From an uncultured bacterium (GTDB lineage: Bacteria > Krumholzibacteriota > Krumholzibacteriia > Krumholzibacteriales > Krumholzibacteriaceae), in the NCBI GenBank assembly GCA_963813815.1, contig CAWFAD010000016.1, positions 576,001 through 640,000 on the forward strand: 64,000 nt of DNA, read 5' to 3'. The notes below the pieces were generated by a model. That model was not told the origin of the DNA and made no database searches. It saw nothing but the letters and a program-made list of their open reading frames with translations. A program made the translations under genes and the position numbers. Below, in pieces: positions 1 through 10,432 of this stretch. How positions within the stretch are numbered: position 1 is the stretch's first letter; each line of letters starts with the position of its first letter.

Positions 1-1503
1 GGAGTAGCCCGTGTCGAAAGACTCCTCGCGGGTTTCGACCGGAGCGAACGGATCGTCGATTTGCCCCGGCGAGAGGGGGGCCGCGGCGGGTCCGCCGGGG
101 ACCCGCGAGGCCGCCGGAGGTTCGAAGACGAAGACGCCGAGCGCGGGGTTTTCCGTCATGAGACGGCTCCACCGGGCATACGGGGAGAACGCCGCGAAAT
201 AGCTGAAATAGCTCGACGGATGAAAATCGATCGAGAGCGGAACGACGAGGGATGCGCGCGTTTCCGCGCCGGAGTACGAGACGATCGCCTCCGTGGAGAA
301 AATCGTTTCGTCGTCCTCGCGGCACATGTATCCGACGAGCGGATCTTCCTCGCTCCTGCTGAGAGCGAATGCGCCGAGAAGCGTCACGTGGATATCGAGC
401 GTTCGGTGCAGGGCGTGGACCCTGGCCGCTTTCGCGAAGAGAGTTCCGTATGTCACCGAGCCGTCTCCCGCGAGCGAGGCATCCAATCGATCGTCGTCAT
501 TCGGGGTGAAGTTCCAGTAATAGTTCTCCGTTCCGGCGCTCGACGCCGCGTCGTAGGTTACGATCCCGAACGAACCTCCCGCATAGATGCGCAGGCCGTC
601 CGGATACGCGCGGCGATACGCCGCCTCGACTCCCCACAGGTCCCCTTCCCGGGAATCGCTTTCCGACGCCCGGCGGCGGAGATAGTTCGAAAGATCGCCG
701 TAGGAGTCGAATCGCGCCTCCGTGTCGACGTCGTATAGCTGCTCGAGCCTCGCTATCCGGTGCAGGGAGACCGTTACGGCGATCTCCTCGACGGGGCGTC
801 CATCCCGCGTGCGGGCGAGCGCGCATTGAGCGTCGAAGGCGACGCGCCGGGACAGGTAGTTCGTGATGGTGGTGTAATCGAAGTATCGAGTGAGGGTCTC
901 GAAGGACAAGGCCTCGTAGTAGTAGTTCGTTCTTTTATTGGCGATGTCCAGGTGATCGTAGCAGCCGGAGGCGCGCAGTCGCACCCCCCAGGCGAGCTCT
1001 CCTCCGACCGGCCGGGCGGCGGCGACGTCGAGCAGCCAGGAATCCGCGTCGGAGTCCTTGAACCGGGCCTCGCTCGTGATCGTGTAGTCATAGCTCGCGT
1101 TGATGGCGGCGCTCGCGTCGTCGATATAATCCTTGTTGAACGACCAGAGGGCGGTGAACGCGATGCGCCAGTCGCCGAGCCTGGCCCCGTGCAGCGCGAT
1201 TTCATTCGACGGCCCGCTCGACACCCCAGTCCCTCCGCCGGCGAGAGTCACATCCATGGCGGGCAACCCCGATCGAAAGCCGAGATAGGGTGTGTCCCTG
1301 CGCGCGTACCAGAGGGTCGCCGCCGCGGCGTCGAGCGCGTGCACGGGGCTCAGGTGGAGATCGGTGTACGGGTCGGGGATGACGCCGGCGACGTAATCGC
1401 CGCCGAGCGCCATGATGCGGACCGACGTCCGCTCGGCCGCGGCCGGCGCGGCGAGCGCGAGAAGCGTTCCGAGACACAGCGAAGCGATTCGAATCGATTT
1501 CAT
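1..1503 (-). CDS. Secreted, probable outer-membrane beta-barrel protein (3' end lies beyond the window start)
   Basis: Absent from the ORF track because there is no stop in the window. Manual translation from ATG 1503 ([13 protein letters not shown]) is open to base 1: MKSIRIASLCLGTLLALAAPAAA|ERTSVRIMALGGDYVAGVIPDPYTDL... It has a signal peptide and aromatic-rich alternating beta-strand-like segments. Confidence 0.7.
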   Translation of the reverse strand, partial: MKSIRIASLCLGTLLALAAPAAAERTSVRIMALGGDYVAGVIPDPYTDLHLSPVHALDAAAATLWYARRDTPYLGFRSGLPAMDVTLAGGGTGVSSGPSNEIALHGARLGDWRIAFTALWSFNKDYIDDASAAINASYDYTITSEARFKDSDADSWLLDVAAARPVGGELAWGVRLRASGCYDHLDIANKRTNYYYEALSFETLTRYFDYTTITNYLSRRVAFDAQCALARTRDGRPVEEIAVTVSLHRIARLEQLYDVDTEARFDSYGDLSNYLRRRASESDSREGDLWGVEAAYRRAYPDGLRIYAGGSFGIVTYDAASSAGTENYYWNFTPNDDDRLDASLAGDGSVTYGTLFAKAARVHALHRTLDIHVTLLGAFALSRSEEDPLVGYMCREDDETIFSTEAIVSYSGAETRASLVVPLSIDFHPSSYFSYFAAFSPYARWSRLMTENPALGVFVFEPPAASRVPGGPAAAPLSPGQIDDPFAPVETREESFDTGYS

Positions 1504-1666
1504 GTCCCCCTCCCCGTGAATGCGCGCGAGGGACCGAGCATATCCGATAATCGCGCCCGCGGGCAACGTCAAAAGGGGCGCGGGCGCGCTATCCGCTGGA
1601 ACGGCAATCGGCTCTGTGATATACTGTGCGCGCGAATACTCGCGATACCGTGAAAGGAGCCTGCAT

Positions 1667-3928
1667 ATGACGCATCGGAGATTGCTGCTCGCGCTCTTTG
1701 TTCTTTTCGTGGGGACGTCGCTCGTGGGGGGAGGGGCCCTCGCTCAACTGCCCTCCAAGGCCCCGAAACCGGTTTACACTCCGCCCGCCGAGGGGTTCGG
1801 CTACGTCCCTCCGCCGGTCGATCTCTCCGGGCTCATGCCCGCGCGCGAGGCGGCCGGCGCGCTGGAGCTTCCCGCCTCGTGGGATTGGCGATTGCTCGGC
1901 GGGGTCACCTCGGTCAAGAACCAGAACCCCTACGGCACGTGCTGGGCGTTCGCCGGCCTCGGCGATCTCGAATCGAAGCTCCTCATCAATGAAGCCGCCG
2001 CGTTCGATTTCTCGGAGATCAACGTCGTCGCCTGCAATCCGGTCGGCACCTCCTGCGACGATGGCGGGAACGCGTGGATCACGACGAACTACCTCTCGCT
2101 CCTCGGCACGGTGAACGAGGCGTGCAACGCCTACCCCGACGGCTGCCCGGTGCCCGCCTGCGTCAATCCGGCCTGCCCGTTCGGCCGACGCGTCACCGAG
2201 TGGCGCGTCATCGCGAACGACGTCACCGCCATCAAGCAGGCCGTGATGACCTACGGCCCCGTCTACGTCGGCATATACGCGAGCTTCCCCGGCTTCAGCA
2301 CGTACGACGGGACCACCTGCCTCACGTACACCGGCACCGACTCGCCGAACCACGCCGTGCTCATCGTCGGCTGGGACAACGCGATGTGCGGCGGCGCGGG
2401 GGCGTGGATCGTGAAGAACTCGTGGGGCACGAGCTGGGGGGACGACGGGTATTTCTACATTCATTACGGCGACGCGCGGATCGGAACGGACGCGTCCGTC
2501 TACACCGGCTCCAAGCCCTACGACGCGAACGAGAAGATCTACCACTACGACGAATGGGGATGGTGGTCTTCCGTGGGGTATCAGGACGGCGACGATTACG
2601 GCATGGTCGTAATCGTTCCGTCCGGCACGCCCGCCGGGGGAGCGCTGCTCCGCGCCGTGGATTTCTGGGCGACGTGGTCGCCCACGAGCTACACGATCGA
2701 GATCTACGACGATTGGAACGGCTCCGCCTTCTCGGGCCTCCTCGCCGGGCCGTTCAGCGGGACGAAAGCGGAAGCGGGATACTACAGCGAGGCGCTTCCC
2801 CTGCCGATTCCCGTCCGCGACGGCGACGCACTCTACATCAAGATGCGATTCACGACCGCGGGATACGGGTATCCCATTCCGTTCGACGATTCCGGAACGA
2901 TGGAGACGAACAAGAGCTACGTGAGCAGCACCGGCCTCACGTGGTCCGCGCTCGATCTCGGCGGCTACTCGATGGGGGATATCGGCATCCGGGCGCGCGT
3001 GGAGCCCGTGCCCTCCGACGTGGAATGCTCGCTCGAGGGCGATCCCGTGCTCTTCTACGGCTGGAACGCCCTCGACGGTCTTCCCTTCAACCAGCCGGGG
3101 CCCGACTATGCGACGACCTATCAGGGGGGCTCTCTCACCCGTCAGGTCGCGCCGTGCAACGTCCCGCCGACCTGGCTGCCGGCGGGCTGCAAGGAGCAGG
3201 ACACCCTCTGCTTCCACGCCACGAGCGCGAGAGGCTGGGACATCGCCTGCGATCCTTCGATGGGCTTGCCCCGCGTGATCGATCCCTCGTACTACTGGTA
3301 TCAGAACGTCACGATCACGGCTCCGTGCGGGGCGGCTCCCGGCACGATCGACACCGTCATAGCGATCTGCGCCTACACGAACGTGCTCGGCGTGTGCGAC
3401 GCCTCGTGCGGCGATTGCAACGACCCGAACATCCGGCCGTCCGACGGGCTCCTCCACTACTCGTCCGACACGCTCATCATCACGGTTCTCGACGCCTCGC
3501 CGCCGCCCGAAATTCTCCAGGACACGCTGACGCTCGTCGAGCTGGGGCAGACAGAGGCCTATGTGCCGTTCGCGATCTGCAACCGGGATGTGTGCGTTCC
3601 CTCGAGAATGGTGTACTACTCGATCGCGACGACTGGGCACCTTCCGGCCACGATCCCGGGCGGCTCCGTCGATCTGCTCGCAGGCTCGTGCGAGAACGTG
3701 TACGCGGTGCTGGACGCCGGCGCGGCGCCCCTCTGCACGTACGACACGCTGACGATCGTGGCATGGACGGGCGTTCCGGCCGCGTACGACACCTGCGTGC
3801 AGATCATCCACGTCGTGGAGGCCCAGGAAGTGCCCCTCATGACGCCGGTTGTCGTGGCGATTCTCATCGCGGCGCTCGTCGTCGTCGCCGGGATATTCAT
3901 GTGGCGGCGCACGAGGGCCAAGCAGTAA
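1667..3928 (+). CDS. Secreted papain-family (C1A) cysteine protease with lectin-like and Cys-rich C-terminal domains and a C-terminal TM sorting tail
   Basis: RBS AAAGGAG then ATG 1667; signal peptide; catalytic motifs QNPYGTCWAF, NHAVLIVGWD, WIVKNSWGTSWGDDGYF; tail VPLMTPVVVAILIAALVVVAGIFMWRRTRAKQ. Confidence 0.9.
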   Translation: MTHRRLLLALFVLFVGTSLVGGGALAQLPSKAPKPVYTPPAEGFGYVPPPVDLSGLMPAREAAGALELPASWDWRLLGGVTSVKNQNPYGTCWAFAGLGDLESKLLINEAAAFDFSEINVVACNPVGTSCDDGGNAWITTNYLSLLGTVNEACNAYPDGCPVPACVNPACPFGRRVTEWRVIANDVTAIKQAVMTYGPVYVGIYASFPGFSTYDGTTCLTYTGTDSPNHAVLIVGWDNAMCGGAGAWIVKNSWGTSWGDDGYFYIHYGDARIGTDASVYTGSKPYDANEKIYHYDEWGWWSSVGYQDGDDYGMVVIVPSGTPAGGALLRAVDFWATWSPTSYTIEIYDDWNGSAFSGLLAGPFSGTKAEAGYYSEALPLPIPVRDGDALYIKMRFTTAGYGYPIPFDDSGTMETNKSYVSSTGLTWSALDLGGYSMGDIGIRARVEPVPSDVECSLEGDPVLFYGWNALDGLPFNQPGPDYATTYQGGSLTRQVAPCNVPPTWLPAGCKEQDTLCFHATSARGWDIACDPSMGLPRVIDPSYYWYQNVTITAPCGAAPGTIDTVIAICAYTNVLGVCDASCGDCNDPNIRPSDGLLHYSSDTLIITVLDASPPPEILQDTLTLVELGQTEAYVPFAICNRDVCVPSRMVYYSIATTGHLPATIPGGSVDLLAGSCENVYAVLDAGAAPLCTYDTLTIVAWTGVPAAYDTCVQIIHVVEAQEVPLMTPVVVAILIAALVVVAGIFMWRRTRAKQ

Positions 3929-4009
3929 GGGATCGCTGAACGGTTTTTTCGATGAGTCGGCGCGGGGACGAGGCTCCCCGCGCCGGCGCTTTCCGTCGCA
4001 GGGGCTTCC

Positions 4010-7000
4010 ATGGGGCGAGTCGCCTACTTCGGCAGAATGCAGCGCGATCTCGAGCCCGCGCTCATCGAGCGTGTCGCATCGGCGCGCCGTTCGGACCGCC
4101 ACCGTCCCCTCGCCGTTCTCGTCGGATCGAATCACCTCGCCTCCCATCTCGGACGCGCGCTCGCCCGGCGGCTCGACGGCGTCTTCAACGTGCGTTTCAT
4201 GACCTTCGTGGACGCCGCGCGCTCGCTCGCGGACGCGGCTCCCGGCGGAGCGCGCCGGTTGATACCGCCGCTCGCCGGCCGCGTGATCGTCGACGAGCTT
4301 CTCGCGGGGCCGGGCGTCCCGGCCGTGTTCGGGGAGGCGGCCGGCATGAAGGGGTTCGGCGCGGCGCTGTCCGCGACCTTCGCCGATCTCTCCGAGGGGG
4401 GCTGCACGGCGGAGATCGCCCGCGGGCTGCTCGGGGGGAACGGCTCGAACGTCCGCCTCGGCGAGAAGGCGCGCGCGACGCTCGAGCTCTTTGCCCGGTA
4501 TCGGGAGCGCGTCGAGGGGGTGGGGGGCGATCTGCACTCCGTCTTCCGGGACGCGCTCGGGGGAAGAGTTTCCGAATCGCTCGGTTCGACGATCTACGCG
4601 TACGGATTCTACGATTTCAACGAAATGCAGCGGCGCCTCCTCGATCGGATCGCGGAGCGCGCCGATATCGAGCTTTTCGTTCCCTGGCGCGAGGGGGAAG
4701 AAGCGTATCGTTTCGCCGCGCCGCTCCATGAGCGGCTCGAGGCCTCGGGTTTCAGTCTCCGCGACGCGGGCGGGGCGGATGGGACGGGGCCCGAGATACC
4801 GCCTCCGCTCAGCCTTCCCGACGAAGAGGAAGAGGTCCGGGAGATCAGTCGGAGGATTCTCTCGCTCGCGCGGGATCGCGGAATTCCCTTCTGCGAGATG
4901 TCGGTCGTGCTCGCCTCTCCGGGCGGGTACGCCGATCTCGTCGGGGAGGCGTTCGACGAGGCGGGGATACCGCATTCGTCGGGCGAGCGGTCTCTCCTTT
5001 CAGCGAGCCCGGCGGCGCGGGCCGCCCGCTCGCTTCTCGCGCTCGTCGAGCAAGGGCTCGAGCGGCGCGAGCTCGTCGAGTTTCTCGTATCGGCCCCTCT
5101 CGCCGCGACGGATGCGGCGGAATCCCCCGTCGATCATCTCGCGCTCTGGGTTCGCCACAGCGCCGAGGCGGGGGTAGCCGGCGAGCGGGGTTGGATCGAA
5201 GAGAGCGAAGCCCTCACGGCGCGCATAGCCGCGGATGTCGGACGGGGAAGGCTGCCCGCGAGATCGCTCGAGGCCGCGCGGCTCGCCGAGCCGGTGCTGA
5301 GACGGCTCGCCGGCGCGAGGGATTCGATGCGGGGCATTTCCATGTGGGCCGGCCTTTCGGAGCGTTTCGCCGCGCTCCTGCGGGAGCTCTTGGCGCCGTC
5401 CGATGACGCCGAGAATGTCCGCCGAATCATCGAATCGCTCGCCGGTCTCGACGATCTCGGATGCTCTTCGTCTCCCGCGCGATTCGCCCGGATCGCGGGT
5501 TCGGCGCTCGATGATGCGGGAGGCGCGCGCCGCTCCGGCGGCGGAGTCGAGGTGCTGTCGCTACGCGAGGCGCGCGGGCTCTCTTTCAGGGCGGCGTTTC
5601 TGCCGGGGCTCGTCGAGGGGGAGTTTCCCGGTCCCGCCCGGCAGGATCCCCTTTTCTCCGACGCCGACAGGGCCGCTCTCGCCGGCGCCTCGGCGGGGAA
5701 GGTCGCGCTGCCGCGCAGGGGGGAGAGGAACGCGGAGGAAGCGCTGCTCTTCGCTCTGGCGCTCGAATCGGCCGGCGGGGAATGCACCTTGAGCTATCCG
5801 CGCTTCCGTCAGGGAACGGGAAAGGAACGGACGCCGTCTTTCTTCCTCAAGTACGCCGGATTCGACTCGGCGGGAGGCGCCGATTCGGGCGCGAGGCCCA
5901 TCCGGCTCGGCCGGGGAAGGGCGCAGCAACGCGGGCTCGAGCTTCTTTCCGTCGGCGAATTCGATTTCGAGTCGGCTCGCGGCATGCTCGCCGGAGCCGG
6001 CATGCCGCCGGGAGAGCGCTTCTTCCGGCGCGGGGCCGACCTCGTGCGCGGGAGATGGGGAGCGCCGGGATTTACCGCGTACGACGGAGTCGTATCGTCC
6101 GAGCGCGCCCGCGCGGAGCTCGGGAAGACGCTCGAGGACGGCGGCTATCGATTCTCCCCGACGGCGCTCGAGCGCTGGGCCGCGTGCCCGTTCGCCTATT
6201 TTCTGCGGGACCTTCTCGGGATAGAGGCGATCGAAGAGCCCGAGAGAATCATCGCGACGACCCCCGCCCAGCGCGGCCTGCTGGTGCACGCCATCCTCGC
6301 CCGCCTGTTCGGGGCTCTCCATTCGGCGGGTCTCCTTCCCGTCAAGAGCGCCCCTCAAGATCGGCTCTTCGCCCTGGCGGACGAGGTGGCGGCGAAGCTT
6401 CTCGATGATTTTCCGGCGGCCGAGCCGGTGGGCCTTCCCGTGTTCTGGGAGATGGAGCGCCGCTTCGTGAGCGAGTCGATACGGCTCTTTCTCGAGGAGG
6501 AGCGGCTCGATGAGGATGAGTTCGCTCCGGCCGAGTTCGAGAAGCAGTTCGGGCGGGGCCCGGACCGCGCCGCCGTCGGGCACGACAGAGGCGATCGTTT
6601 CGTTTTCTTCCACGGCCGGATCGATCGCATCGATGTCGCTCCGGACGGGCGATTCCGCGTCATCGACTATAAAACGGGGCGCCTCGACGGCCGGGATCAG
6701 GATCTCGGCGGGGGCACGAAGCTCCAGCTTCCCGTGTACCTGCTCGCCGCGGCGCGGCTCCTCGGCCGCCGCGTCGAGGACGGCGAGGCCCTCTACCGTA
6801 GGGTCGGCGCCGGCGGCCGGCGCAGCGTTCGTTTTTCGGGGAGCCGCTGGAGCGAAAGCAGCGGGGAGCTCGCGCGCATCGTCGAGACCGTGACGCGAGG
6901 CATCGAGGAGGGTCTCTTTTTCGCGAGCGCCGGCGGCAGGGCGTGCGGTTACTGCGACTTCAAGATCGCTTGCCCCGCGGGAACGGATCGTCTCTTCGAG

Positions 7001-7075
7001 AGAAAGGCGCGGTGCGACCCCCGCGCGCGAGGCTATCTGGCAATGAGGGGAATCGGCGAAGAGGAGGAGGCATGA
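4010..7075 (+). CDS. addB: AddB/RexB-like helicase-nuclease subunit B with C-terminal PD-(D/E)XK nuclease and Fe-S staple
   Basis: FSPTALERWAACP, HGRIDRID, VIDYKTG, QLPVY, CGYCDFKIAC; ATGA overlap with the downstream UvrD-type helicase. Confidence 0.85.
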   Translation: MGRVAYFGRMQRDLEPALIERVASARRSDRHRPLAVLVGSNHLASHLGRALARRLDGVFNVRFMTFVDAARSLADAAPGGARRLIPPLAGRVIVDELLAGPGVPAVFGEAAGMKGFGAALSATFADLSEGGCTAEIARGLLGGNGSNVRLGEKARATLELFARYRERVEGVGGDLHSVFRDALGGRVSESLGSTIYAYGFYDFNEMQRRLLDRIAERADIELFVPWREGEEAYRFAAPLHERLEASGFSLRDAGGADGTGPEIPPPLSLPDEEEEVREISRRILSLARDRGIPFCEMSVVLASPGGYADLVGEAFDEAGIPHSSGERSLLSASPAARAARSLLALVEQGLERRELVEFLVSAPLAATDAAESPVDHLALWVRHSAEAGVAGERGWIEESEALTARIAADVGRGRLPARSLEAARLAEPVLRRLAGARDSMRGISMWAGLSERFAALLRELLAPSDDAENVRRIIESLAGLDDLGCSSSPARFARIAGSALDDAGGARRSGGGVEVLSLREARGLSFRAAFLPGLVEGEFPGPARQDPLFSDADRAALAGASAGKVALPRRGERNAEEALLFALALESAGGECTLSYPRFRQGTGKERTPSFFLKYAGFDSAGGADSGARPIRLGRGRAQQRGLELLSVGEFDFESARGMLAGAGMPPGERFFRRGADLVRGRWGAPGFTAYDGVVSSERARAELGKTLEDGGYRFSPTALERWAACPFAYFLRDLLGIEAIEEPERIIATTPAQRGLLVHAILARLFGALHSAGLLPVKSAPQDRLFALADEVAAKLLDDFPAAEPVGLPVFWEMERRFVSESIRLFLEEERLDEDEFAPAEFEKQFGRGPDRAAVGHDRGDRFVFFHGRIDRIDVAPDGRFRVIDYKTGRLDGRDQDLGGGTKLQLPVYLLAAARLLGRRVEDGEALYRRVGAGGRRSVRFSGSRWSESSGELARIVETVTRGIEEGLFFASAGGRACGYCDFKIACPAGTDRLFERKARCDPRARGYLAMRGIGEEEEA

Positions 7076-10000
7076 TGGCCCGCGCCGGAGAGCCGGTCGA
7101 CCGCCCGGCGCGCGATCGCGCCGCGAATGATCTCGATCGCTCGTTCTGCGTCGAGGCGGGGGCCGGAACGGGGAAGACGAGCCTCCTCGTCGAGCGATTC
7201 GTCGCGATCATCGAGAGCGGCCGCGCGGCGGCGGGGGAAATCGTCGCGATCACCTTCACCGAGAAGGCCGCCGAAGAGATGAAGCTCCGCATCCGCCGGG
7301 AGATCGAGCGCCGCCTCGCCGCGGGAGGCCTCTCCGCAGCCGCGGGCGGCCTCCTCGCCGCGGCGCGCGACGATCTCGAACGCTCGCCGATCTCGACGAT
7401 CCATTCCTTCGCGGCTTCCATTCTCCGCGAGTATCCGGTCGAAGCGGGGATCGATCCCCTCTTTGAGCAGCTCGACGCGCTCGGAGGGTCGCTTTTTTCG
7501 ACGAATGCTGGAGCGAGTATCTCCTCGAGCTGACGGGGGAACGGGGCGAGGCGATCAAGCGGTTCGTCGCGCTCGGCGGATCGGTGGAACACCTCGGCGG
7601 AATGGCGCGCTCGGTTTACGATCGGCGCGCGGAGCGATCGTGCGACGGCATCTTCGGCGAGTCCCCCGGGGGGGGCGGAGCGCGCGGGCGCGGATCCCCG
7701 GACCGCGCGGACGGCCGCGCGGGGCGGGACGGGCGGGCGGAGATGGAGACGCTCCGCGGCGAGTTCATCCGCCGCATCGAGGCCCTCCGCCTCCTCGCCC
7801 GGGACCGCTGCAAGGATCGAGGCGACAGGGGATTCGTTTCCATAGAGGAGCTCGTCCGCGCGGCGGAGCCCCTCGGGGCGCTTCACGGGGAAGAGCTCGA
7901 GCGATATCTTCTGTCCATCGAGATCCCGAAGCCGAAAGGGAACAAAACCAACTGGAATCCTCCCGAGGCATGCGCCGAGCAGAAACGCTGTTTCGAGGAT
8001 CTCGCGGGGCTGCAGGGCGCCTTGCGCGGACGCGTTTCGGACGCCGTCGCCTCGGGACTCGACGGGTTTTTCGACGAGTTCCTCCGCTTCGCGGACGAGC
8101 GCAAGGCCGCCTCGAGCCTTCTCGATTTCGACGATCTTCTCATACGGGTGCGGGAGCTCTGCAAGCGACCCGCGGCGCTCGACGCCCTGCGCCGGAGATA
8201 CCGTTTCATCCTCGTCGACGAGTTTCAGGACACCGATCCCGTGCAGGCGGAGATCGTCTGGCTCCTCGCCGGCTCCGGCGGGGGAGCGTCTCCCGAGCCC
8301 GGAAAGCTCTTCGTCGTGGGGGATCCGAAGCAGAGCATCTACCGCTTCCGCAAGGCGGACGTCGAGATCTACGAGCTTTTCAAGGAGCGCCTCGTCGCCG
8401 AGGGCGGCGTCCGGCTCTCGATCGTCCAGAACTTCCGCTCCGTTCCGGGCATCGCCGGGTGGGTCAACGCAACGTTCTCGGCCGTCATGCGGCCGTCGCA
8501 GGAAGGGCGTTTCCAGCCGAGGTACGAGGATATCCTGCCGGCGCGGCCGGGAGACGGCCCGCCCGTCGTCGCGTTCGATCTCGAGATGGAGGAGGAAAAG
8601 CCTTCGTCGACGGAGGTCCGGCGGCGCGAGGGGGAGGCGGCCGCGCGAATCGTCCATCGCCTCGCATCGTCCGGCCTCGCGGTGATCGATCCGGTTTCGA
8701 GGCTCATGGAGCCTCTCTCCTTCCGCCATATCGCGATCGTGTACCCCGGCACGACCGGCATCGAAAACTACGAGGAACCGCTCCGCGCCGAGAACATTCC
8801 CTACATCGTCGAGGGAGGCAAGCTCTATTACTCGCGCGAGGAGATCCGCGCGCTCGCCTCGGCGGCGTGGGCGATCGAGGATCCGTACGATCCGATCGCG
8901 CTGCTCGGCGCGCTTCGCTCGCCGCTCTTCGGCGCGAGCGACGAGGAGATATACCTTTTCACGCGGTCCGGCGGGAGGCTCGACTATCTCGATCCCGGCG
9001 CGGAGGGGAGCGGGGAGTTTGGAGACCTCGCAGCGGCGTTCGCCCTGCTGAGGGATCTCCATGTCTCGCGGAACGAGATCGGGCCGGCCCGCACGATGCT
9101 CGCGCTCGTCGGCCGCACGAAGTTCCTCGAGCTCTCGCTGCTCCGCCCGCACGGGGAGCAGCGGGTCGCCAACATTAGGAAGGCCGTCGCGAGCGCCCGA
9201 GCGTTCGAGGGGACGGCGGGGGCTACCGGCGCTTCGCCCGCTGGTTCCGCGACCAGGAGGTCCTCGATTCCGGGGAGAGCGAGTCCCCGATGGTCGAGGA
9301 CGATGAGAACGCCGTGCGGCTGCTCACCGTGCACAAGGCGAAGGGCCTGCAGTTCCCCGTCGTGATTCTCGCGAATCTCGTGCAGGAGCGCCGGGCCGGA
9401 GGGCGGATCATCGTCGGTCCGGGAGGGCGGCTCGCCTTCAAGATCGGCGACTGGCTCGAGACGAGCGATTTCGATGAGCTCTCCGAGCGAGAGAGTCTTC
9501 GCGAGGGTGCCGAGTCGATTCGGCTCCTCTACGTCGCCGCGACGCGCGCGGGGGATCTCCTCGTCATACCGCGCGCGCCGAAAAGAGGCGGCTACTTCGA
9601 TATCGTGGGGGGAAATCTCGAGCCTGGGGAAAACGCCGGACCGGTCACCGCGTGGCGCCTCTCCGCCATGCCGCCGCTTCGCGGCGAGGTCCGTCCCTTC
9701 GTCCGGCTCGACGAGCCCTCGCCGCGCGAACGCGATCTCCACGAGCGACGGAGGGAGGAGTGGCTGCGCGGGCGTCTCGCGCTCATCGGACGCGCTTCGC
9801 GCGCCCCCGTTCTCGTCGCTCCCTCGAGACTCGCGCCCGAAGGGGCCGCGGAGGCGCTACCGCGCGTTCCGGGCTCGCGGCCTCCGGGTTCGCCCGCGCC
9901 GGGCCGGGCCGCGCTCTTCGGCGAGGCTTTTCATCGCGTTATGGAGCGCTGGGACGCCTCCCGCGGCGCAACGCTCGCGGAGCGCTGCGCCGCGGCGGCC

Positions 10001-10432
10001 TTCGAGCTCGGCATCGGAGCCGAGGCCGAGGCCCTCGAGCGGCTCGCCGCGGCGGCGCTCGAATCGGATATCATGAAACGCGCCGCCCGCGCGCCGCGGC
10101 GCCTGCGCGAGACGCCCTTCATTTTGCCGGTCGAGGGAGGATTCGTGCAGGGGCGGATCGATCTTCTCTTCGAGGAGGAGGGACGCTGGATCGTCGTCGA
10201 TTACAAGACGGACGACGTCGCGGCGGACGGGATCGATGCCCGGCTCGCCTCCTACCGGCCGCAGGCGGCGGTCTACGCGCTCGCGGCGCGGCGTCTGGGG
10301 CTCGGAACGCCGGGAGAAATCGTGCTCTTTTTCGTGCGCCCGCTCGCAGCGCGATCGATCATCGCGACGGACGCCCTCATCGCCGAGGCGGACGAGCTCA
10401 TTCGGGGCGCGATCGGCGCGAGCCCGCCCTGA
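7072..10432 (+). CDS. addA: AddA/RexA-like UvrD helicase-nuclease, split over three frames by two -1 shifts (about 1120 aa if rejoined)
   Basis: Frame 1: AGAGTGKT, TFTEKAA, TIHSF. After the T6 run (7493-7498): LVDEFQDT, VGDPKQSIYRFR, QNFRS. After the G5 run (9218-9222): LLTVHKAKGLQF, LLYVAATRA, GRIDLL, VVDYKT, QAAVY. Adding one base to each run restores a single ORF. Confidence 0.85.

Noticed and set aside
7492..7500. Programmed -1 frameshift at TTTTTTC in addA
   Set aside because: The heptamer is not in X_XXY_YYZ phase with the incoming frame, and a second independent shift would also be needed; an assembly error is simpler.
4010..10432. Helicase-nuclease pair as an anti-phage defence system or Cas4
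   Set aside because: Size, order and motifs match housekeeping AddAB, and there are no CRISPR repeats or defence-island context.
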